A DNA stretch of 64,000 bases from Solirubrobacterales bacterium (GTDB taxonomy: Bacteria; Pseudomonadota; Alphaproteobacteria; Rhodospirillales; Magnetospirillaceae). The DNA lies in the NCBI GenBank assembly GCA_050260775.1, contig JBLNCP010000041.1, positions 18,198-82,197 on the forward strand. Reading direction: 5' to 3'. Positions 8,706-16,926 of the stretch are shown piece after piece. A program made the translations under genes and the position numbers. How positions within the stretch are numbered: the stretch's first letter is position 1; each line of letters starts with the position of its first letter. The notes beneath the pieces are model-generated. The model worked only from the letters and a program-made list of their open reading frames with translations, did not search any database and had not been told where the DNA came from.

Positions 8706-11700
8706 GTGGTTCACGGCGCCGTCAGAAAGCTGTTCACGCTTTTCGGAGCCCTCATCGCTGGCCTGTTGATCGCGCTGCCTTTGTTCGCCTGGCGTCTCGC
8801 CAGCGGTCCGATCGAGCTCGATTTCCTCACGCCCTATATCGAGGAGGCTCTGACAGCCAAGGACGGCGCGTTCTCCGTCGACCTGGAAACCACGGTGCTC
8901 GCCCTCGGCGGCGACGACCAGTTGCTGGAAATCCGCGCGGTCGGCGTGCAGGCCTATGCCGGCGGGGAACAGCCGATCGCCGTGATCCCCGAGCTGTCCC
9001 TGACCCTGAACGGCCGCGCCCTGCTGGCCGGCGAGCTGGCCCCCAAGACGGTGCGTCTCTATCGACCCAAGGTCCGCCTGGTGCGCGACGAGACCGGCCG
9101 CCTGCAATGGGGGATCGGCGAGGAGGTCGGTGAGGCGCAGTCCGACGAGGTGGTGCGCCGACTGATCGATGCGCTGATCGGCGAGCCCGACCCCTCGCGG
9201 CCGGGGCGGCACCTGCTGCGCGCCTCGGTCGTCGACGCCGATGTCCAGGTCGAGGATCTCAAGCTCGGCGTATCCTGGCACGCCACCGATGCCGACGTGG
9301 ACCTGAAGCGTACGCCGGCCGGCCTCAGCGGTACCCTCAATCTTGAACTCGACCTGGCAGGCGAGGCCGGTTCGGTTCATTCGGACGTCGCCTACCGCCG
9401 CGACAGCGACGAGGTCGAGGGCAGCCTGCAGATCGCTGGCATCCGGCCGGCGGTCCTGGCCCGGCTCGGCGGTCCGCTCGCCCAACTCGCCGCCATCGAC
9501 ATGCCGCTGGCCGGCTCGATGTGGGCCAAAGGCACTGCGGCGGGTTCGATCTCGGAAATGTCCTTCGACCTCGCCGGCGGTGCCGGCCAGCTTAACCTGC
9601 CGGCCCCGGCCGATTTCCATCACCGCGTCGCCTCGATCCACCTTCGCGGCGGGGCCTCGGACGGCCTGACCCGCGCGCAACTGGACGAGTTGTTCGTCGA
9701 CCTCGAAGGGCCGACCGCGACATTGTCGGCCGTCGCGGACGGCTTGGGCGGGCGAACCACGGTCAAGGCCGACGCGGTCGTTCACAACGTCCCCTTCGAC
9801 GCGCTGCCCCGATTGTGGCCGGAGCCGTTGGCGCGCAATGCCCGGGACTGGGTGGTCAAGAACATGTCGGCCGGCATCGCGCGCGAGGCGCGGGCGACCA
9901 TCTCCGCCGTGTCGGCGTCCGGCCGCTTCGACGATGTGGTGGTCGACCACATCGGCGGGACGGTCGAGGGCTCGGGGGTGACCGTCGACTACCTGTCGCC
10001 CATGCCGGTGGTGAAGAACGCGGCGGCGACGGCCAATTTCGACGCCAAGGACTTCCGCATCAACATCAAGGCCGGCGAGGTCTATGGCCTCAAGGTCAAG
10101 GACGGCCTGATCATCCTGGGCGGGCTCGACCAGGAGGACCAGTTCGCCGACATCGACCTAAACATCGCGGGGCCGGCGGCCGACGCGCTCAAGCTGATCG
10201 ACCACAAGCCGCTGGGCTACGCCAAGGCGCTGGGGATCGACCCGGCGGTGGTCGGCGGCGACGCCACCACCCGCCTGCGCCTCAAATTCCCCCTGCTGCA
10301 CAGCCTCAAGCTGGAGGACGTCGCCATCAAGGCCCACGCCTCGCTGAAGGGGGCCACCATTCCCAAGGTCGCGATGGGCCTGGACCTCAGCAAGGGCGAC
10401 CTCGAACTGGACGTGGATGCCAAGGGGCTCGACGCCAGCGGTCCGGTGGTGCTGGGCTCCATTCCCGCCGATCTGAAGTGGCGCGAGAACTTCTCCAAAG
10501 GCTCGCCCTTCCGCAGCCGCTATATCCTCAAGGCCCCCAAGGTCGACGAGGCCCAGCGGGTCGAGCTGGGATTGGACAGCGTTCCGTTCATCGCCCCCTT
10601 CATGGAGGGGGCCATGGCCGCCGACGTGGTGGCGACCCTGTTCGGCGGCGGCCGCGGCGACATCGAGGCGCGGCTCGACCTGTCGCCCGCCCGCATGCGC
10701 CTGCCGGGACTGGGATGGCGCAAGGAGGAGCGGACCACCGGCGGCGCCGAGGTGCTGGTCCGGCTCGACAAGATGAAGGTGGCGGCGGTGCCGCGCTTCT
10801 CGGTGCAGGCCGGCGACCTCCAGGCGCGGGGCTCGGTGACCTTCGCCGGAGACGGGCAGGTGCGGCGCGTGGATTTCGACCGGCTGTCGTTCGGCCGGAC
10901 CGACATCAACGGCAGCCTGCAGTTCCGTCCCAACCGCGGCGGCATCGATGTCGCGTTCAAGGGCAAGAGCTTCAACGCCGAACCGGTCATCGGCAATGAC
11001 GACGACGGAGCCGGTGGCGAGGCGGCGGCGGCGGCCAAGCACCGCCGCAAGTCGGATCTGCCGCCGATGTCGATCACCGGCAGCGTGGACATGCTGTGGC
11101 TCTCGGCCAAGGGGGGAGTGTCGGGCGCCGCCCTGTCGGTCAGCCGCGACGCCGACGACTGGCGCCATCTGTCGCTGCGGGGCACCGTGGGGGAGGGCAA
11201 GCCGATCATCGCCGAGATGAAGCCTGCTCCCAACAAGCGCCGCGACGTCCGGGTCGTCTCCGACGACGCCGGTGCGGTGGCCCGGGCCTTCGACGTCTAC
11301 GACGATCTGGTCGGCGGCAAGCTGGAGATCACCGGCTATTACGACGACAGCAAGGAGGAGCAGCCGATCACCGGCACGCTGCACGTCAGCGACTACAACG
11401 TCGTCAACGCGCCGGCGCTGGCCCGGCTGCTGACGGTCGCCGCGCTGACCGGCGTCGTCGACCTGCTGAACGGCGAAGGCGTCAGCTTCTCGGGGCTGGA
11501 TGCCCCCTTCACCCTCACCGACGGCCTGCTTCAGGTGCGGGACGCCCGCGCCTACGGACCGGCCCTGGGCATCACCGCCAAGGGCGAGATCGACCTCGAC
11601 AACAGCCGGCTGGCGCTGGAGGGCACGGTGGTGCCGGCCTACGCGCTCAACAGCGTGCTCGGCAAGATCCCGTTGTTCGGCTGGCTGGTGACCGGCGGCG

Positions 11701-11870
11701 AGAAGGGCGGCGGCCTGGTGGCGTTCAACTTCTCCATGAAGGGACCGACGCAGGAGCCGGACGTGGTGGTCAACCCGCTGTCGGCGTTGACCCCCGGCTT
11801 CCTGCGCCATCTCTTCAACATCTTCGACGACGGCACCGAGACCGAGGCGCGCAAGCGCGCCAGGCAATAG
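8706..11870 (+). CDS. AsmA-like / YhdP-like (DUF3971) envelope protein
   Basis: Over 1050 aa with one N-terminal TM helix (LFTLFGALIAGLLIALPLFAW), a long beta-rich body and an AsmA-like C-terminal region (...GEIDLDNSRLALEGTVVPAYALN...). I chose GTG 8706 to avoid overlap with the divergent glnE. The ATG at 8646 is the alternative. Confidence 0.7.
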   Translation: MVHGAVRKLFTLFGALIAGLLIALPLFAWRLASGPIELDFLTPYIEEALTAKDGAFSVDLETTVLALGGDDQLLEIRAVGVQAYAGGEQPIAVIPELSLTLNGRALLAGELAPKTVRLYRPKVRLVRDETGRLQWGIGEEVGEAQSDEVVRRLIDALIGEPDPSRPGRHLLRASVVDADVQVEDLKLGVSWHATDADVDLKRTPAGLSGTLNLELDLAGEAGSVHSDVAYRRDSDEVEGSLQIAGIRPAVLARLGGPLAQLAAIDMPLAGSMWAKGTAAGSISEMSFDLAGGAGQLNLPAPADFHHRVASIHLRGGASDGLTRAQLDELFVDLEGPTATLSAVADGLGGRTTVKADAVVHNVPFDALPRLWPEPLARNARDWVVKNMSAGIAREARATISAVSASGRFDDVVVDHIGGTVEGSGVTVDYLSPMPVVKNAAATANFDAKDFRINIKAGEVYGLKVKDGLIILGGLDQEDQFADIDLNIAGPAADALKLIDHKPLGYAKALGIDPAVVGGDATTRLRLKFPLLHSLKLEDVAIKAHASLKGATIPKVAMGLDLSKGDLELDVDAKGLDASGPVVLGSIPADLKWRENFSKGSPFRSRYILKAPKVDEAQRVELGLDSVPFIAPFMEGAMAADVVATLFGGGRGDIEARLDLSPARMRLPGLGWRKEERTTGGAEVLVRLDKMKVAAVPRFSVQAGDLQARGSVTFAGDGQVRRVDFDRLSFGRTDINGSLQFRPNRGGIDVAFKGKSFNAEPVIGNDDDGAGGEAAAAAKHRRKSDLPPMSITGSVDMLWLSAKGGVSGAALSVSRDADDWRHLSLRGTVGEGKPIIAEMKPAPNKRRDVRVVSDDAGAVARAFDVYDDLVGGKLEITGYYDDSKEEQPITGTLHVSDYNVVNAPALARLLTVAALTGVVDLLNGEGVSFSGLDAPFTLTDGLLQVRDARAYGPALGITAKGEIDLDNSRLALEGTVVPAYALNSVLGKIPLFGWLVTGGEKGGGLVAFNFSMKGPTQEPDVVVNPLSALTPGFLRHLFNIFDDGTETEARKRARQ

Positions 11871-11873
11871 GCC

Positions 11874-12233
11874 TCAGCGCCAGCCGTAGGACGGCGGCGC
11901 GTAGGCCGGCGGGCCATAGGACGGCCGATTGTAGGACGGGGCCGGGGCGCCGTAATACATGCGGTCGGCGCGATCCATGGAGGCGCCCGCCTCAGAGCCA
12001 GCGAAGGCGCCGAGCAGGGTGCCGGCCGCCGTAGCGGCCAGGCGGCCGTTGCCGCGGCCGAACTGCGCGCCCGCCAGGGCGCCCGCGGCGCCACCGAGCA
12101 CCGCGCCGCCCGTCTGCTTGCTGATGCCGTACCCACCCGGGCCGTATCCGCCGCCGCCATAGCCATAGCCGCCGGGCTGGGCGCAGGCGGCGAGCGAGAG
12201 GGTGAGGGCGGCGACAGCGATCAATTTGCGCAT
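11874..12233 (-). CDS. glycine-zipper lipoprotein (17-kDa surface antigen / SlyB-like)
   Basis: Lipobox LSLAAC, a Gly/Tyr-rich linker, then a glycine-zipper segment GGAVLGGAAGALAGAQFGRGNGRLAATAAGTLLGAFAG. Confidence 0.7.
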   Translation of the reverse strand: MRKLIAVAALTLSLAACAQPGGYGYGGGGYGPGGYGISKQTGGAVLGGAAGALAGAQFGRGNGRLAATAAGTLLGAFAGSEAGASMDRADRMYYGAPAPSYNRPSYGPPAYAPPSYGWR

Positions 12234-12303
12234 GGTGTCCTCCTGGGACCTATGCGCAGAAGGTTACCCACTATGCGTGGCGGGATTATGGGGCGATTGG
12301 GGC

Positions 12304-12340
12304 AAAAAGAAGCCCGCCGGTCCTGAGCGAGCCGGCGGGC
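12304..12340 (-). terminator. rho-independent terminator after the 12384..12905 lipoprotein gene
   Basis: Stem GCCCGCCGG (12312-12320) pairs with CCGGCGGGC (12332-12340). On the minus strand it is followed by TTCTTTTTG. Confidence 0.7.
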
Positions 12341-12383
12341 CAAGGTCGGGAGCGGATATGGGTCCGCGCTCCCAGGGGATTCG

Positions 12384-12905
12384 TCAGTTGGTCACCTTCC
12401 AGCTGCCGTCGGGCTGGCGGCAGGCGGTGCCGTAGGATTGCTGCTGCTGGCCGCCGACCGTGACGGTCTGCTGGTATTCGCGGCAGTACTGGCCGGGGGC
12501 CCGCTCATAGGTGCGCGTCGGCGTCACCGTGCCGTAATTGCCGCTGTCGGGATTGTTCCAGGTGATCGACTGGCCGGCCGGGGTGTTCTCGAAGGCGCGC
12601 TGGCCGGCCTGGTTGGCGTAGGCCATGTCGGCGCGGTCGAGCGACTGGCCGACCTCGGAGCCGACGAAGGCGCCGAGCAGGGTGCCGAGCGCCGTGGCGG
12701 CCAACTGCCCCGTGCCCTTGCCGAACTGGGCACCGGCGACCGCGCCGCCGACCCCGCCGAGCACGGCGCCGCCGGTCTGCTTGCTGATGCCGCCCCCACC
12801 GCCGCCATAACCGCCGCCGCCACCATACCCGCCGCCGTAACCGCCAGGCTGGGCGCAGCCCGCCAGCGAAACCACGAGGGCCGCAGCCATAACAACCTTG
12901 CGCAT
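12384..12905 (-). CDS. glycine-zipper surface-antigen lipoprotein with a Cys-containing C-terminal domain
   Basis: Start MRKVVMAAALVVSLAGC (lipobox) preceded by a GGAGGAAGAC RBS. It has the same glycine zipper as the neighbouring gene plus a C-terminal domain (SITWNNPDSGNYGTVTP...YCREY...CRQPDGSW). Confidence 0.75.
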   Translation of the reverse strand: MRKVVMAAALVVSLAGCAQPGGYGGGYGGGGGYGGGGGGISKQTGGAVLGGVGGAVAGAQFGKGTGQLAATALGTLLGAFVGSEVGQSLDRADMAYANQAGQRAFENTPAGQSITWNNPDSGNYGTVTPTRTYERAPGQYCREYQQTVTVGGQQQQSYGTACRQPDGSWKVTN

Positions 12906-13014
12906 GTCTTCCTCCATCGAACCCACGGACCGGGGCCCGTGGCTCCTTCCCATATAGGCTCCGCCCATGGCGTAAGGAGGGTGGGAATGGGGCGAAAATG
13001 CGGAAGGGGAGCCC

Positions 13015-13044
13015 AAAAGAAAAAAGCCCGCCGAAGCGGCGGGC
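13015..13044 (-). terminator. rho-independent terminator after the DUF1013 gene
   Basis: Stem GCCCGCCG (13026-13033) pairs with CGGCGGGC (13037-13044). An A-run at 13015-13025 gives a U-tract on the minus strand. Confidence 0.7.
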
Positions 13045-13071
13045 TTTCATTCATCGGCGGACGGGGCAGCC

Positions 13072-13641
13072 TTAGTCGGCGTGCTCCTCGCTCTCGTAAT
13101 GGGTCTGCGGCGCGACGCTGCCGCGGGGACGGGCGATGGCCACCGCCTTCTCCAGGTCGGCTTCGGTGCACAGGCCGAGGGTGACCGGGTTGCGCGCCTT
13201 GATGTTGGTGGCGTTCCAGTGCGTCTTGTCCTTGACCGACAGGATGGTCGGCTTGGTGGTGCCGATCAGCTTGCAGATCTGCGCGTCCGACAGCTCCGGG
13301 TGGTGCTTGAGGATCCACGCGATGGCATCGGGGCGGTCCTGGCGCTTGGACACCGGGGTGTAGCGGGCCCCCTTGGGCTTGGCGCGCGGCTGCGGATAGT
13401 CGGTGATGTTCAGCTTGAGGCGCGCGTCGGGATCGGCCTCGCAACGCTCGACCTCCTCGCGGGACAACTGGCCGTTGGCCACGGGATCGAGGCCGACGAT
13501 GCCGGACGCCACTTCGCCGTCGGCGATGGCCTGAACCTCAAGCGGATGCAGCCCGCAGAATTCGGCGATCTGCTCGAAGCTGAGCGCGGTGTTCTCGACG
13601 AGCCACACGGCAGTCGCCTTGGGCATGAGCGGCAGGGCCAT
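13072..13641 (-). CDS. DUF1013 family protein (TrcR-like cell-cycle transcriptional regulator)
   Basis: Start MALPLMPKATAVWLVENT with a GGAGGATTT RBS. The sequence is typical of the alphaproteobacteria-restricted DUF1013 family (...ALSFEQIAEFCGLHPLEVQAIADGE...). Confidence 0.75.
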   Translation of the reverse strand: MALPLMPKATAVWLVENTALSFEQIAEFCGLHPLEVQAIADGEVASGIVGLDPVANGQLSREEVERCEADPDARLKLNITDYPQPRAKPKGARYTPVSKRQDRPDAIAWILKHHPELSDAQICKLIGTTKPTILSVKDKTHWNATNIKARNPVTLGLCTEADLEKAVAIARPRGSVAPQTHYESEEHAD

Positions 13642-13787
13642 AAATCCTCCTTCAGGGCTTCGACGGGTGCCATGGCGAGCCATGGGCCGGGCGCCGGCAG
13701 CGCAAACCATTCAAATTGCGCCGGTAGTTATAGGGGACGACCAACCCTTGGTCAAACCGCTAAGGCCGGCCAGTGCAAACTGGTCCC

Positions 13788-14777
13788 TCACAGGGTGAGG
13801 ACGATCTTTCCGATATGGGTGTTGGATTCCATGAGTCCATGCGCCTCGGCCGCCTTCTCCAGGGGATAGGTGGCATGGACGACCGGACGGATGCGGCCGG
13901 CCTCGATCAGCGGCCACACCTTGTCGCGCAGGCTGGCGGCCATGCGGGCCTTGGCCTCGTCGGATTGCGGCCTGAGCGTCGAGCCGGTCAGCGTCAGGCG
14001 CTTGAGCATGACCGACATGAAGTTCAGATCGGCGGTCGAGCCCTTGAGGAAGGCGATGTTGACCAGCCGGCCGTCGGGGGCCAGGGCCTTGATGTTACGG
14101 GGAATGTAATCGCCGCCCACCATGTCGAGGATGACGTTGACGCCGCCCTTGGTCTCGGCCTTGACCACCTCGACGAAATCCTCGGCGGTGTAGTCGATGG
14201 CGCGATCGGCGCCCAGCGTCCGGCAGGCCTCGCACTTCGCCTGGCCGCCCGCGGTGGCGAAGACGGTGGCGCCCAGGCCCTTGGCCATCTGGATCGCGGT
14301 GGTGCCGATGCCCGAGGCGCCGCCGTGGACGAGGAAGCGCTCGCCCGCCTTGAGGCCGCCCCGCTCGAACACGTTGTGCCAGACGGTGAACACCGTCTCG
14401 GGCAGGGCCGCCGCCTGCACCATGTCGAGGCCCTTGGGGACCGGCAGGCAATGGCGGGCGTCGGTGGTGGCGAAGCCGGCGTAGCCGCCGCCGGGAACCA
14501 GGGCGCACACGGCGTCGCCGACCGTCCAGGAGGTCACGCCCTCGCCGAGCGCCGCGATGGTGCCGGCCACCTCGAGCCCGGGCAGGTCCGAGGCGCCGGG
14601 CGGCGCCGGGTAGGCGCCCTGGCGCTGCAGGACGTCGGGCCGGTTGATGCCGGCGGCGGCCACCCGGATCAGCACTTCGCCCTTGCCCGGTCGCGGCGTC
14701 GGTCGCGTCGCCGGCTTGAGGACGTCGGCCGGTCCCGGCTGGGTGATCTCGATGCAGGTCATCGTGTCCGGAACCAT
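13788..14777 (-). CDS. NAD(P)H:quinone oxidoreductase (zeta-crystallin / PIG3 MDR family)
   Basis: 329 aa with medium-chain dehydrogenase motifs (GINRPDVLQRQGAYP, LVHGGASGIGTTAIQ). Confidence 0.85.
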   Translation of the reverse strand: MVPDTMTCIEITQPGPADVLKPATRPTPRPGKGEVLIRVAAAGINRPDVLQRQGAYPAPPGASDLPGLEVAGTIAALGEGVTSWTVGDAVCALVPGGGYAGFATTDARHCLPVPKGLDMVQAAALPETVFTVWHNVFERGGLKAGERFLVHGGASGIGTTAIQMAKGLGATVFATAGGQAKCEACRTLGADRAIDYTAEDFVEVVKAETKGGVNVILDMVGGDYIPRNIKALAPDGRLVNIAFLKGSTADLNFMSVMLKRLTLTGSTLRPQSDEAKARMAASLRDKVWPLIEAGRIRPVVHATYPLEKAAEAHGLMESNTHIGKIVLTL

Positions 14778-14855
14778 GCTTTTCCCTCTTCACCTGTCCG
14801 CTGGGGCGCCAATCTGGTACGTTCGAAGCGGTATGGCAAGTGCGGAGGACGGGCC

Positions 14856-15038
14856 ATGGATTGGGATGAACTCGACCCCAAGAAGAAGCCTGCGACGGTG
14901 AAGAACCTCGAGGTGATGGGGGTTGCGGACCTCAGCGAGTATATCGCCGCGCTGGAGGGCGAGATCGCCAGGGCCCGCGCGATGATTGCCTCGAAGCAGT
15001 CGGTCAAGGCCGGCGCCGAGGCGCTGTTCAAGAAGTAG
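14856..15038 (+). CDS. DUF1192 domain protein
   Basis: 60 aa (LEVMGVADLSEYIAALEGEIARARAMIASKQSVKAGAEALFKK), the typical DUF1192 coiled coil. Only the last 61 codons of ORF 13773..15038 are credible. Confidence 0.6.
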   Translation: MDWDELDPKKKPATVKNLEVMGVADLSEYIAALEGEIARARAMIASKQSVKAGAEALFKK

Positions 15039-15047
15039 GAGCATCTG

Positions 15048-15830
15048 ATGTTGAAGGGAAAAGTGGCGATCGTCACCGGCTCCACCAGCGGCATCGGCCT
15101 GGGGATCGCCCGGTGCCTGGCCGCCGAGGGCTGCGACGTCGTCATCAACGGCTTCGGCGATGCCGGCGAGATCGAGGATCTGCGCGCCGGCCTGGAGAGC
15201 GAGTTCAAGGTCCGCGCCGTCTACAGCGGCGCCGATCTGTCGCGGCCGGATGCCTGCACCGCGCTGGTCACCGGCGCCGAGGAGGCGTTGGGGCGGGTGG
15301 ACATCCTGGTCAACAATGCCGGCATCCAGCACGTGGCGCCGGTGGACGAGTTCCCGCCCGAGCGCTGGGACGCGGTGATCGCCATCAACCTGTCCTCGGC
15401 CTTCCATACCACCCGGGCGGCCCTGCCGGGGATGAAGGTGCGCGGCTGGGGCCGCATCATCAACATCGCCTCGGCGCACGGGCTGGTCGCCTCGGCGAAC
15501 AAGTCGGCCTACGTGGCCGCCAAGCACGGCCTCATCGGCCTGACCAAGGTGGTCGCCCTCGAGACCGCCGAAATCCCGGTGACCTGCAACGCCATCTGCC
15601 CCGGCTGGGTGCTGACGCCCCTGGTGCAGAAGCAGATCGAGGCCCGCGCCACCGCGCTGGGCATCAGCGTCGAGGATGCGGGGCGCGACCTGCTGAGCGA
15701 GAAGCAGCCGTCCAAAGCCTTCACCACCCCCGAGCAGCTCGGCGCCCTGGCGGTGTTCCTCTGCTCGGAGGCGGCGGCCAACCTGACCGGCGCTTCGCTG
15801 CCGGTCGACGGCGGGTGGACGGCGCTATGA
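15048..15830 (+). CDS. bdhA: 3-hydroxybutyrate dehydrogenase (SDR)
   Basis: 260 aa with TGSTSGIG, NNAGIQHVAPV, SAHGLVAS..KSAYVAAKHG and ICPGWVLTPLV. This matches the D-beta-hydroxybutyrate dehydrogenase subfamily. Confidence 0.8.
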   Translation: MLKGKVAIVTGSTSGIGLGIARCLAAEGCDVVINGFGDAGEIEDLRAGLESEFKVRAVYSGADLSRPDACTALVTGAEEALGRVDILVNNAGIQHVAPVDEFPPERWDAVIAINLSSAFHTTRAALPGMKVRGWGRIINIASAHGLVASANKSAYVAAKHGLIGLTKVVALETAEIPVTCNAICPGWVLTPLVQKQIEARATALGISVEDAGRDLLSEKQPSKAFTTPEQLGALAVFLCSEAAANLTGASLPVDGGWTAL

Positions 15831-16279
15831 GTGGCCGGCCCGAGGCGATGCGGCGGCAGGACTTCCGGTTCGCCGTCACCATCCAGACGCGGTGGTCCGA
15901 CAACGACATGTTCGGCCACCTCAACAACGTCGAGTATTACCGGTTCTTCGAACTGGCGGTGGCCGAGTTCCTGGTCGGGCCGTGCGGGCTCGACCTGTTC
16001 AACGCCCCCGTGATGACCTTCGCCGCCGAAAGCCTGTGCCGGTTCCGCCGGCCGCTGTCCTGGCCCGAGAAGGTCACCGCCGGCTTGGCGATCGAGCATG
16101 TCGGCAACACCAGCGTGCGCTATGCCATCGCGCTGTTCCGGGACGGCGAGGAGGAAGCCGCGGCGGACGGCCATTGGGTCCATGTCTTCGTCGACCGCGC
16201 CACCCAGCAGCCGGTGCCGATCCCGGCCGGGGTCCGCGCCGTTTTCGAGGCGCACCGCCTGCCGGGAGCGCGCGCGTAA
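15827..16279 (+). CDS. acyl-CoA thioesterase, hotdog fold (4HBT/YbgC-like)
   Basis: ATGA overlap with the bdhA stop. The motif RWSDNDMFGHLNNVEYYRFFE is the typical 4HBT catalytic region. Confidence 0.75.
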   Translation: MSGRPEAMRRQDFRFAVTIQTRWSDNDMFGHLNNVEYYRFFELAVAEFLVGPCGLDLFNAPVMTFAAESLCRFRRPLSWPEKVTAGLAIEHVGNTSVRYAIALFRDGEEEAAADGHWVHVFVDRATQQPVPIPAGVRAVFEAHRLPGARA

Positions 16280-16515
16280 GGGGAGGGCCTTATCGCCGCT
16301 CGGGAGGGTTGCGGCCGCCCTGCCTGCGCCTTTCCGGCGAGGCCATTTCTCATTGGGAGAGGGCCGGGTCCCTTGGTCCGAGGCCGTTCGGTCGGTTGAA
16401 GGAGGGACCCGCCACCGCCACCTCAGTGACGAAACAATGGCCTGAACCGGGTATCGTGGCGTAAACTGGCAGTGTACCCGATGCTCGGAGGGCCTAGCTG
16501 AGGTTGTGAACCGCA

Positions 16516-16917
16516 ATGCAGTCCCCTCCGTTCATCCGCAGGACCTATGACGAGACCGTCAATCTGATGGTCGAGGCGCGCAACTACATGGCCTACGTGG
16601 AGCGCGGCGAGCGCGAGCGGGTCGAGTTGACCACTGGGCTCAGGATGTCGTGCGAGGCCATGCGCATCACCTCGCGCCTGACGCAGGTGATGGCTTGGCT
16701 GATGATGCAGCGGGCGGTCGAAGAGGGGGAGATCCCCCCGGAACAGGCACTGGCCGAGGAAAACCGCCTATCGGGCAGCGACGTCTGCACCGACGTCACT
16801 TTCGCCGAGGATGAGGCGCTGCCCAACGGCCTGCGCAGCCTGCTGGACCGCAGCCTGCGCCTCTACATGCGGGTGGCCCGCATCGAAGAGCAGATGTTGC
16901 GCCACCGGCTGCACTGA
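16516..16917 (+). CDS. DUF1465 family protein (RcdA-like regulator of CtrA degradation)
   Basis: 133 aa. The N-terminal FIRRTYDETVNLMVEARNYM and central RITSRLTQVMAWLMMQRAV are typical of DUF1465. Confidence 0.65.
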   Translation: MQSPPFIRRTYDETVNLMVEARNYMAYVERGERERVELTTGLRMSCEAMRITSRLTQVMAWLMMQRAVEEGEIPPEQALAEENRLSGSDVCTDVTFAEDEALPNGLRSLLDRSLRLYMRVARIEEQMLRHRLH

Positions 16918-16926
16918 GCCGGGCGC

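Noticed and set aside
10158-11867. 569-aa ORF antisense to the AsmA-like gene
   Set aside because: Shadow ORF with low-complexity Gly/Arg/Ala/Val composition.
13773-14855. The first 361 codons of the 421-aa plus-strand ORF
   Set aside because: They are antisense to the quinone oxidoreductase gene. Only the final 60 codons (DUF1192) have a family-like sequence and their own ATG.
16280-16515. A 236-bp intergenic region upstream of the rcdA-like gene, examined for a tRNA, sRNA or CtrA box (TTAA-N7-TTAA)
   Set aside because: No cloverleaf-compatible sequence, no CtrA-type motif and no terminator-flanked unit could be identified by eye.
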